Notes under the pieces: generated by a model
Database searches by the model: none
Told to the model about the DNA's origin: nothing
What the model saw: the letters and a program-made list of their open reading frames with translations, nothing else
Position numbers and translations under genes: made by a program
Source of the DNA: Rhodocyclales bacterium
GTDB lineage: Bacteria > Pseudomonadota > Gammaproteobacteria > Burkholderiales > Rhodocyclaceae
Direction: 5' to 3'
Assembly (NCBI GenBank): GCA_016183655.1
Contig: JACPEH010000001.1
Location: forward strand, 280-64,279
DNA length: 64,000 bases
In this document: positions 56,276 to 64,000 of the stretch, piece by piece
Position numbering within the stretch: the first letter of the stretch is position 1
Layout: each line of letters begins with the position of its first letter

Positions 56276-59200
56276 TTATTTCAGTGAAAAATCGACGCGG
56301 CTGCCCTTGGCCTTGTCCTGTTGCGGCCCTTCCGTCGGCGTCAGATTCGGCTGCAGGATGAATACCCGCTCGCTCTCGACCTTGCCTTCCGTCGTCAGCC
56401 ACTGGGCGACGTTGCGCGCGCGCCGGTCGGCGAGCCGGCGCAGCGCCTCGTCGTCGGCCTTCATGTTGGCCAGCATCAGCTTCTCCATCTCCTCGACCGG
56501 CAGGTCCTTCAGCAGGCCGACGATGTTACGCGGTTTCGGGAATTTTTCGGCCTTGTAGGCCTTCTCCAGATAACGCGGGTAATCCTTCTCCGCGATCACC
56601 ACATCGTCGGCCGAGCCGGCCTCGGTGCCCTGCTTGACCAGTTCTTCCAGCCGCTGCGCCTTGACGCGGCGTTCCATCATCGCCTTCTTCAGGCCTTCGC
56701 GGTCGTTGTCCGGGTCGATCCGGCCGGCCAGTTCGATCTTCAGCCCGGGCCGGTCCTCCAACGCCTTCGCCAGCGACTTCATGCGTTCCAGCATCGGCCC
56801 GGCGACCGAGGCATAGCCGTTGTCGAACTCGACATAGGCCAGCTCCTCGCCGCCGCCGAACAGCGAGCCGAGCAAGGCGAACGGCGAAGTCACGGCTTTC
56901 ACGAACAGGTTGGCGATGACCTTGACGATGATGCCGCCGACGCTGAACTCGGGATCGTCGAGCGAGCCGGCGATCGGCAGGTTGATGTCGATCTCGCCGG
57001 CGCGGTTCTTCAGCAGCGACACCGCCAGCGTCACCGGCAGCTTGGTCGCCGTCGGGCTTTCCACCGGTTCGCCGAAGGTCAACTGGTCGAGGAAGACGCG
57101 GTTCTCGGCAACCAGCTGGTTGTCATCGATCCTGTATTTGAGGAACAGCGACAGCTTGCCCTTCTCGATCGCATAGCCGGCGTATTTCCCGGAATACGGC
57201 GAGAAGCCGGTCAGCTCGACGCCCTTCACCTCGGCGTCGAGGTCGAGGTAGCGCTTCGCCGCGAAGGGGTTGAGCTTGGCGGTGATGTTGAGCGGCGCCA
57301 AGTCGTTGTAGGTGCCGCGCAGTTCGAGGTCGGCCATCGTGCCGGCGGTTGAAGAAAGCCCGGTGACGCGACCGCCGACCTTGGTCAGGTTGGCCGAGTA
57401 GTTGGGCTTGACGAAGTTGTCGCTGAAATTGATGCGGCCGCCCTGCAGCGTGACCTTGCCGATCTTGACCGGAATCACCGCCTTCGGCGGCTTCGGCGGC
57501 AGCTGCGCCACGGTGCGGCCGTCGCTCTCGCTCTTCACCACGGGCGCTTCGGGGGCGGGAGTCTCGGCCGACTTCCCGCCAACCGCCGCCTCGCTCTTCG
57601 CCGGCTCGCCGCCCTCCTTCGTCCTGACGATCTGCATCAGGTTCAGCTTGCCCTCGGGGCTGACGATGACGCGGGCGAAGAAGTCCGACAGCGCGACTTC
57701 GCCGATGGCGACCGCGGGCGGATTGCTGACGACGTCGATCTCGCCGAAATGGAAGGATTTCCAGCGCAGGAAGTTGGCGGAATTGATCTTGTCGACCGAA
57801 TGGAAGTCGCCCAGCGTCAAGTCGCCCTTGTAGCCGACGGACACCCCTTCCTTCGCCGGCGCGATGCCGACCTCACCCTTGGCGGTGACGACACCGCGGG
57901 TCACCGTCAGGTTCAGCATCTCGCCGAAATACGGCTGCAGCGGCAGCAGTTCGATCTCGCGCAGGGCAAGCTGCAGCGTGCCCTGCGATTGCAGCGGCCG
58001 CAGCTTGCCGGCAATTTCCGCCTCGCCCTTCTTGTTGAAGCGCAGCTTCGCCGTCAGCTGTGCTTCGGCATCAGGGACCGTAGACAGGTTGCTCACCGCC
58101 AGCGAGGCCAGCTCGATGGTCTGTACCGCCGCCGGCGAGAAGGTGTTGTCCTCGAAGCGGACGACATGGTCGCTCAAGTTCACCTGGTCGACGGTGACCC
58201 GCCACGGCGCTTCCTTGCCGCTGCCGCTCGCAGCAGGAGCCGCCTCCGCCGGCCTGCCGCCGGCTGTCGTGGCGGATTTCAGCGCCGGCGCGCGCAGGAA
58301 AGCCAGGCTGCCGTCCCTGGCGCGCGCCACGTTCAGCCGCATGCCGCGCATCGCGTACTCGCCGATGCGCAACTCGCGCTTCTTCAGGTCGAGGCTGCCC
58401 TGGCGCACGGCGATTTCTTCGATCTGCGCCTGCGTGCCGCCGTCGAGTTTCCAGCCCAGCGACAGCGACAGCGGCTTGCCGCCGCCGCTGTCGAAACCGG
58501 CGGCATCGACCTGCACGTCGCGCAGCGCCACGCGCTGCTCGCTGCCGGTCGAGCGGTCGTGCAGGCGCAGCGCGCCGCCCTTCAGCTGGACCTGATCGAT
58601 GGTCAGCCGCAGCGGTGCCGCTTCCTTGCCCGATTTCTCCGCTGCCGGCGCGGTGCGGGGCCCGGAGGCAGGAGGAATCAGCGCCAGCCAGTTGAGCTGG
58701 CCGTTCTGGTCGATGCGCGCGTCGACTTCCGGCGCGACCAGGGAGATGCGCTCGATGCCCACCGCCAGCTTGACCAGGTCGACCTCGCGCAGCCCGACGT
58801 CAAGGCGCTTCATCGCGAACAGCGGCGAACCATTCGTTTCCGACACCTTGAAATCCTTCAGCGCGACACTGCCGGCCAGCGTCAGCGCAGCCGGCTGGTC
58901 CTTCGCCTGCACGAAACGCAGGCGCAGTTCGCTGTCGATCGCGCCGGAATCGATGCGGATCGGCATCTCGACCGGCAAGTAGGCGAAATAGCGGGCCAGC
59001 TGCAGGTTGTCGAGATCGAGGGCCAGCTCGCTTTCGTGCGACTCGGCGAACGGCCGGCTCTTGCCGGTGAGCACCAGCGGTGCTCCGTTGATCGTCGCCG
59101 AAAAGTGCGGCTCGACGTAGGTGTCGGCGTAGAAGGACAGGCTGGAGACGAAGGGCAGACGCAGCGTCAGGTCGGTCACCGCGTGGTTGACGCCTTCGAG

Positions 59201-59734
59201 GCGGTCGTCGAATTCCAGCTTGCCGCCGCTGATCTGGATGTTGCTCACCGAGAAACGCGGCGGCGAATCGCTGCCCTCCTCCTTCGGCTTGGCCATCCAC
59301 TCGTCGAGCAGATCGGAAAAGTTGTAGCGCTTGTCCGGGAAGCGCGTCACGCGCAACCGCGGCCCGAGCAGCTCGATTTCCTTGACGACGACGCCAGCCA
59401 CCGCGATCGACCCCAGCTCGGCGTTGACGCGCAGCGAATCGAAGCCGAACAGTTCCTCGCCGGTCTTGTCGGTAGCCCCGTCCACAGCCTTGTCGCGCAC
59501 CGACAGGCCGCGGATCGTCGCCGTCATCGTATAGGGGTTGAGGCTGACCGATTCGACGGCCACCTCGCGATGCAGCGCTTCGCCGAGCTTGCCGACGAGG
59601 ATCGACTTGATCAGCGGCGGCGCCGCGAAAAAGCCGAGGAGGCCGACGACGGCAAGGAAGATGGCGACACGGAGCCCCCATTTCCGGGTGCGAGGATGGC
59701 GGGCAAGGGCGGCGGGGTCTATTTTTTTGAACAT
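56276..59734 (-). CDS. DUF748 domain protein with OmpA-like C-terminus
   Basis: N-terminal TM, repeated beta-rich units, PYSGKYAGY, GEIDINLPIAGSLDDPEF, SRVDF. Confidence 0.88.
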   Translation of the reverse strand: MFKKIDPAALARHPRTRKWGLRVAIFLAVVGLLGFFAAPPLIKSILVGKLGEALHREVAVESVSLNPYTMTATIRGLSVRDKAVDGATDKTGEELFGFDSLRVNAELGSIAVAGVVVKEIELLGPRLRVTRFPDKRYNFSDLLDEWMAKPKEEGSDSPPRFSVSNIQISGGKLEFDDRLEGVNHAVTDLTLRLPFVSSLSFYADTYVEPHFSATINGAPLVLTGKSRPFAESHESELALDLDNLQLARYFAYLPVEMPIRIDSGAIDSELRLRFVQAKDQPAALTLAGSVALKDFKVSETNGSPLFAMKRLDVGLREVDLVKLAVGIERISLVAPEVDARIDQNGQLNWLALIPPASGPRTAPAAEKSGKEAAPLRLTIDQVQLKGGALRLHDRSTGSEQRVALRDVQVDAAGFDSGGGKPLSLSLGWKLDGGTQAQIEEIAVRQGSLDLKKRELRIGEYAMRGMRLNVARARDGSLAFLRAPALKSATTAGGRPAEAAPAASGSGKEAPWRVTVDQVNLSDHVVRFEDNTFSPAAVQTIELASLAVSNLSTVPDAEAQLTAKLRFNKKGEAEIAGKLRPLQSQGTLQLALREIELLPLQPYFGEMLNLTVTRGVVTAKGEVGIAPAKEGVSVGYKGDLTLGDFHSVDKINSANFLRWKSFHFGEIDVVSNPPAVAIGEVALSDFFARVIVSPEGKLNLMQIVRTKEGGEPAKSEAAVGGKSAETPAPEAPVVKSESDGRTVAQLPPKPPKAVIPVKIGKVTLQGGRINFSDNFVKPNYSANLTKVGGRVTGLSSTAGTMADLELRGTYNDLAPLNITAKLNPFAAKRYLDLDAEVKGVELTGFSPYSGKYAGYAIEKGKLSLFLKYRIDDNQLVAENRVFLDQLTFGEPVESPTATKLPVTLAVSLLKNRAGEIDINLPIAGSLDDPEFSVGGIIVKVIANLFVKAVTSPFALLGSLFGGGEELAYVEFDNGYASVAGPMLERMKSLAKALEDRPGLKIELAGRIDPDNDREGLKKAMMERRVKAQRLEELVKQGTEAGSADDVVIAEKDYPRYLEKAYKAEKFPKPRNIVGLLKDLPVEEMEKLMLANMKADDEALRRLADRRARNVAQWLTTEGKVESERVFILQPNLTPTEGPQQDKAKGSRVDFSLK

Positions 59735-59998
59735 TTATGCACCTCATCGTGTCCGGAACACGGCGCTGGACGGGACGTTTCCGCCCGGTCGCACGGTAAC
59801 GCCGATACGGCGATCCATTCGAATCAGCTGATATGGCAATTTACCATGTCGATCGGGTGGTTGCCGGCAGGAGTGGGGGTTGCGGCTCGATTGTGAAGAG
59901 ATTGCGGAACGATTTCCGGGACTTCGCGACAATTCGGGCTTAAAATGGGCCGCTTAAAAACATCCGTCGACCGGCCGGCCAACAACCCTGGGCAACGT

Positions 59999-60964
59999 AT
60001 GAAGACCCTCGTCGTCGAAGACACCCGAATCAGCCTGAAACTCGTCTGCCACCATCTCGAGCGCATGGGGATCGCCCCCATCGCCGCCGAAAACGGCGCA
60101 CGGGCGGTCGAGCTGTTCGTCGCCGAGCAGCCCGACATGGTGCTGCTCGACATCGTCCTGCCGGACATCGACGGCTTCGAGGTGGCGCGCCGCATCCGCC
60201 AGGCGGAAAAACCCGGCGACTGGACGCCGATCCTGTTCCTGACCTCGATGACCGACGACGAGGCGCTGGAAAAGGGCATCGCCGCCGGCGGCGACGACTA
60301 CCTCTACAAGCCGGTCAGCGACGTCGTGCTCGGCGCCAAGATCCGCGCGATGCAGCGCATCATCCAGATGCGCAACTCGCTGCTGGTGATGACCAGGAAG
60401 CTCGACATCGCCAACCAGGAACTGCGGCGGCTGACCTCGCTCGACGGACTCACCGGCATTGCCAACCGCCGCCACTTCCAGGAAACCCTGGACCGCGAGT
60501 GGCGGCGCTCGATGCGCAAGGGTTCGGAATTTTCGATCCTGATGTGCGACGTCGACGGCTTCAAGGCCTTCAACGACACGCTCGGCCACCAGGCCGGCGA
60601 CGAATGCCTGCGTCGCGTCGCGCAGGCACTCGCCGGCGCCATGGTACGCGGCGGCGATTTCGTTGCCCGTTACGGCGGCGAGGAGTTTGCGGCGATCCTC
60701 CCCGATACCCCGCTGGCCGGCGCGCTGGTTGTCGCCGAGCGCATGCGCGGCGCGATCCGGGCACTCGACATCGAACATCCGAAGAGCGAATCCGGCCTGC
60801 TCACGATGAGCTTCGGCGCCGCCTCCGGCGTCGGCATGCCGGAAGCGGAAGCGATGGGGCTGGTCAAGCTCGCCGACAAGGCGCTTTACGAGGCCAAGCA
60901 CCTTGGGCGCGACCGCGTTTGCGTCCGCTCCTCGATGGACCCCATTGAAAGCACTGAAAGCTGA
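59999..60964 (+). CDS. Response regulator diguanylate cyclase
   Basis: Receiver domain, DGLTGIANRR, RYGGEEF. Confidence 0.93.
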   Translation: MKTLVVEDTRISLKLVCHHLERMGIAPIAAENGARAVELFVAEQPDMVLLDIVLPDIDGFEVARRIRQAEKPGDWTPILFLTSMTDDEALEKGIAAGGDDYLYKPVSDVVLGAKIRAMQRIIQMRNSLLVMTRKLDIANQELRRLTSLDGLTGIANRRHFQETLDREWRRSMRKGSEFSILMCDVDGFKAFNDTLGHQAGDECLRRVAQALAGAMVRGGDFVARYGGEEFAAILPDTPLAGALVVAERMRGAIRALDIEHPKSESGLLTMSFGAASGVGMPEAEAMGLVKLADKALYEAKHLGRDRVCVRSSMDPIESTES

Positions 60965-60972
60965 GTACACGC

Positions 60973-61371
60973 ATGAACCGCGACACCCCGAAAGTCCTGA
61001 TCGTCGATGACAACGACCTGATGCGCACGCTGCTGCGTGGCATCCTGCGCGGGGAAGAATACGAGATCGTCGGCGAGGCGAAGAACGGCCTGCTGGCGGT
61101 CGAGGCCGTCCAGCGTTATTTACCGGACATCGTCTGCCTCGACGTGATGATGCCGGAGATGGACGGCCTCGAAGCGCTGCAGGTGATCAAGCAGGCGCGC
61201 CCGGAAACGGTGGTGGTGATGATCACCGGCAGCCCGAGCAAGGAAAATGTCGAGGAATCGATCCAGGGCGGTGCCGCCGGCTTCATCATCAAGCCCTTCA
61301 ATGCCGCCAAGGTGCTCGATACCCTCGGCCGCCTGTGGCAGACCCGCCCTGGCGCCCCGGCCGTACAGTAG
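60973..61371 (+). CDS. CheY-like single-domain response regulator
   Basis: LIVDD, LDVMMPEMDG, FIIKPF. Confidence 0.92.
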   Translation: MNRDTPKVLIVDDNDLMRTLLRGILRGEEYEIVGEAKNGLLAVEAVQRYLPDIVCLDVMMPEMDGLEALQVIKQARPETVVVMITGSPSKENVEESIQGGAAGFIIKPFNAAKVLDTLGRLWQTRPGAPAVQ

Positions 61372-61397
61372 TTCAACCCGGTAGCTCACGCAGCAGG

Positions 61398-62198
61398 TCA
61401 AAACTCGTTGCGCCAGCCGCGGATCGCGGCGAACACCCCGACCGCTCCTGCCGCAGACGGATCGCGTTGCCGAGCCGCCGCGATCACTGCCGGCTCGGCA
61501 CAGCGCAGGAAGGGATTGGTCGCCTTCTCCAGCCCGATCGTCGACGGCAGCGTCGGCTCGCCGCGTGCGCGAATCGCCGCCGCGTCGGCGATCCGCTGCC
61601 GTACCGCCGGGTTGTGCGGCTCGACCGCCGCGGCGAAGCGCAGGTTCATCTCGGTGTATTCGTGCGCGCAATAGACCTCGGTGTCGTCGGGCAGGCCCGC
61701 CAGCACGCCGAGCGAGGCCGCCATCTGCGCCGGCGTGCCCTCGAACAGGCGGCCGCAGCCGGCGCCGAACAGCGTGTCGCCGCAGAACAGCCGGCGGCCG
61801 GCGAGATAGGCGAGATGGCCGCGCGTATGGCCCGGTACCGACAGCACGTCGAAGGCGGCGCCGAGGCCGTCGACCTCGATCCGCTCGCCGCCCCGCAATG
61901 GTCGGCTGAGGCCTGTGATAGACTCGGCAGCCGGCCCGAACACGGTTGCCCCATGGGCTGCCACGAGCCGCTCGACGCCGCCCTGATGGTCGGCATGGTG
62001 GTGCGTGACGAGGATGGCGACGAGGCATAATCCCGCCTCGGCGAGCGCCGCCTCGACCGGCGCCGCGTCGCCCGGATCGACCACCGCCGCGCAGCCGTCG
62101 CGGCTGAGCAGCCAGATGTAGTTGTCGCGGAACGCCGGCAGCGGCCGCACGTCGAATGCAGCGGAGGAAGCGGGGCTGGCAGGGTCAGTCGTCATCAC
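61398..62198 (-). CDS. gloB: Hydroxyacylglutathione hydrolase (glyoxalase II)
   Basis: DNYIW, THHHADH, GHTRGH, CAHEYT, TNPFLR. Confidence 0.96.
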   Translation of the reverse strand: MMTTDPASPASSAAFDVRPLPAFRDNYIWLLSRDGCAAVVDPGDAAPVEAALAEAGLCLVAILVTHHHADHQGGVERLVAAHGATVFGPAAESITGLSRPLRGGERIEVDGLGAAFDVLSVPGHTRGHLAYLAGRRLFCGDTLFGAGCGRLFEGTPAQMAASLGVLAGLPDDTEVYCAHEYTEMNLRFAAAVEPHNPAVRQRIADAAAIRARGEPTLPSTIGLEKATNPFLRCAEPAVIAAARQRDPSAAGAVGVFAAIRGWRNEF

Positions 62199-62222
62199 GT
62201 CATTGTCGGAGAAGCACGCTCA

Positions 62223-62954
62223 ATGTCAATTCCCGGTCTCGATCGCTGGCTCCTCTCGCCGCAGGGCCGCTACGTGCTCGACTGGGAATGCGCGCGCATC
62301 GACGCGGCGGTGGCCGACGTCTTCGGCTACAACGCGCTGCAGCTCGGCCTGCCGCAGATCGACCTGCTCGCGCAGAACCGCATCCCGTTCCGCCAGCGCG
62401 TCGGGCTGCCGACGGAGGACGGCCTGGTCGACGTCAATTGCGACCTGCGCCAGCTGCCGATCGCCGCCAACAGCGTCGACCTCGTCGTGCTGCCGCACGT
62501 GCTGGAGTTCTACGAGGAGCCGCACCAGATCCTGCGCGAGGTCGAGCGCGTGCTGATCCCGGAAGGACAGGTGGTGATCACCGGCTTCAACCCGTTTTCG
62601 CTGTGGGGTGCGCGGCGCTATCTGCCGCCGCGCTCCACGGAGTTTCCGTGGCAGGGACAGTATCTGTCGCTGCGACGCATCAAGGACTGGCTGCAACTGC
62701 TCGGCTTCGAGGTCGAGCGCGGCAGCTTCGGCTGCTACGCGCCGCCCTGCAGGACGGCGCACTGGCTGCAACGCTGGCAGTTCATGGAAGGCGCCGGCAG
62801 CCACGGCTGGCCGTTCGCCGGCGGCGTCTATCTGGTGCGCGCGATCAAGCGCGTGCATAGCATGCGCCTGATCCTGCCGGCGTGGCGCAATGGCAAGTCG
62901 CGCGCCAAATCACTGTCACCGGTCGCACAGAAGGAGAGCCCGCATGGGCAATGA
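62223..62954 (+). CDS. Class I SAM methyltransferase (YafS-like)
   Basis: [23 protein letters not shown]; sits between gloB and rnhA. Confidence 0.9.
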   Translation: MSIPGLDRWLLSPQGRYVLDWECARIDAAVADVFGYNALQLGLPQIDLLAQNRIPFRQRVGLPTEDGLVDVNCDLRQLPIAANSVDLVVLPHVLEFYEEPHQILREVERVLIPEGQVVITGFNPFSLWGARRYLPPRSTEFPWQGQYLSLRRIKDWLQLLGFEVERGSFGCYAPPCRTAHWLQRWQFMEGAGSHGWPFAGGVYLVRAIKRVHSMRLILPAWRNGKSRAKSLSPVAQKESPHGQ

Positions 62955-63411
62955 GGAAAAGAACGACATCATCGAAATCTGGGCCGACGGCGGCTGCCGC
63001 GGCAATCCCGGCCCCGGCGGCTGGGGTGTGCTGCTGCGCGCCGGCACGCACGAGAAGGAGCTGTGGGGCGGCGAGCCGGCGACGACCAACAACCGGATGG
63101 AGCTGACCGCCGTCATCCGCGCGCTGGAAGCGATGAAACGGCCGGTGCGCGCGCGCATCCACACCGACTCGCAGTACGTGCAGAAGGGCATCAGCGAGTG
63201 GATCCACGGCTGGAAGCGCAATGGCTGGAAGACCTCGGACAAGAAGCCGGTGAAGAACGCCGACCTCTGGCAGGAGCTCGACGGGCTGGCCGCCCGGCAC
63301 AAGCTGGAATGGCTGTGGGTCAGGGGACATGCCGGCGACCCCGGCAACGAGCGCGCCGACGCGCTGGCCAACCGCGGCATCGACGAGCTGACCGGCGCGG
63401 CGCGAACCTGA
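62944..63411 (+). CDS. rnhA: Ribonuclease HI
   Basis: [34 protein letters not shown]. Confidence 0.97.
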   Translation: MGNEEKNDIIEIWADGGCRGNPGPGGWGVLLRAGTHEKELWGGEPATTNNRMELTAVIRALEAMKRPVRARIHTDSQYVQKGISEWIHGWKRNGWKTSDKKPVKNADLWQELDGLAARHKLEWLWVRGHAGDPGNERADALANRGIDELTGAART

Positions 63412-63457
63412 CCTGGATCATGCCCGCGCCGGCGACGGCGCGGCAGAATGCGAAACC

Positions 63458-64000
63458 ATGCGACAAATCTTCCTCGACACCGAAACCACCGGCCTCGAAA
63501 CCCGTCTCGGCCACCGCATCATCGAACTCGCCTGCGTGGAGATGGTGAACCGCCGGCTGACGCGGCGGCACCTGCACTACTACGTCAATCCGGACCGCGA
63601 CATCGACGAGGGGGCGCTGGCGGTGCACGGCATCAGCCGCGAGTTCCTCGCCGACAAGCCGCGCTTCGGCGAAGTCGCCAACGAGTTCCTCGACTTCATC
63701 CGCGGCGCCGAGCTGGTCATCCACAACGCCGCGTTCGACGTCGGCTTCCTCGACCACGAGCTGAACATGCTCGGGCTGGCGCCGATCGAGACCGTCTGCG
63801 CCAACGTGCGCGACACGCTGAAGATGGCGCGCGAGCTGCATCCGGGCAAGAAGAACAACCTCAACGCGCTGTGCGACCGCTACGGCGTCGACAACTCGCA
63901 CCGCGCGCTGCACGGCGCGCTGCTCGACGCGGAGATCCTCGCCGACGTCTATGTGGCGATGACGCGCGGCCAGGAGAGCCTGATCATCGACCTGGCGCCG
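63458..64000 (+). CDS. dnaQ: DNA polymerase III epsilon subunit (partial)
   Basis: MRQIFLDTETTG, IHNAAFDVGFL, LHGALLDAEIL; runs off window. Confidence 0.96.
   Translation, partial: MRQIFLDTETTGLETRLGHRIIELACVEMVNRRLTRRHLHYYVNPDRDIDEGALAVHGISREFLADKPRFGEVANEFLDFIRGAELVIHNAAFDVGFLDHELNMLGLAPIETVCANVRDTLKMARELHPGKKNNLNALCDRYGVDNSHRALHGALLDAEILADVYVAMTRGQESLIIDLAP

Noticed and set aside
59735-59998. Riboswitch or sRNA upstream of the diguanylate cyclase
   Set aside because: No recognisable c-di-GMP or other aptamer consensus.
1-64000. tRNA, rRNA or prophage genes
   Set aside because: None recognised by eye; no covariance-model scan was run.

Overview
High-GC betaproteobacterial chromosomal window; the gene content and order (phaC-phaB-phaR, pgeF-rluD-bamD, gloB-rnhA-dnaQ) suggest Rhodocyclales, which is an inference. 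It is mostly housekeeping, signalling and redox-stress genes. Notable items: (1) the left edge is the start of an integron-type cassette array with no visible integrase, and its first attC is split at the R' core by a class IIC group II intron inserted in the sense orientation, whose putative EBS1 matches that site; (2) a bacterial DNase II-family nuclease paired with an uncharacterised, possibly UDG-fold protein, set among CGTC-type palindromic repeats; (3) a 48-bp two-hairpin element found at three loci, always at a GCC-TGA stop codon with CGCCTGA repeated; (4) an ArsM-like methyltransferase with an in-frame UGA and SECIS-like hairpin (likely selenoprotein); (5) an IS5-type MITE, a frameshifted second phaB, an atypical FliD-like protein and an Hsp33 lacking half its zinc ligands. 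Family assignments come from motif recognition by eye, not from database searches.
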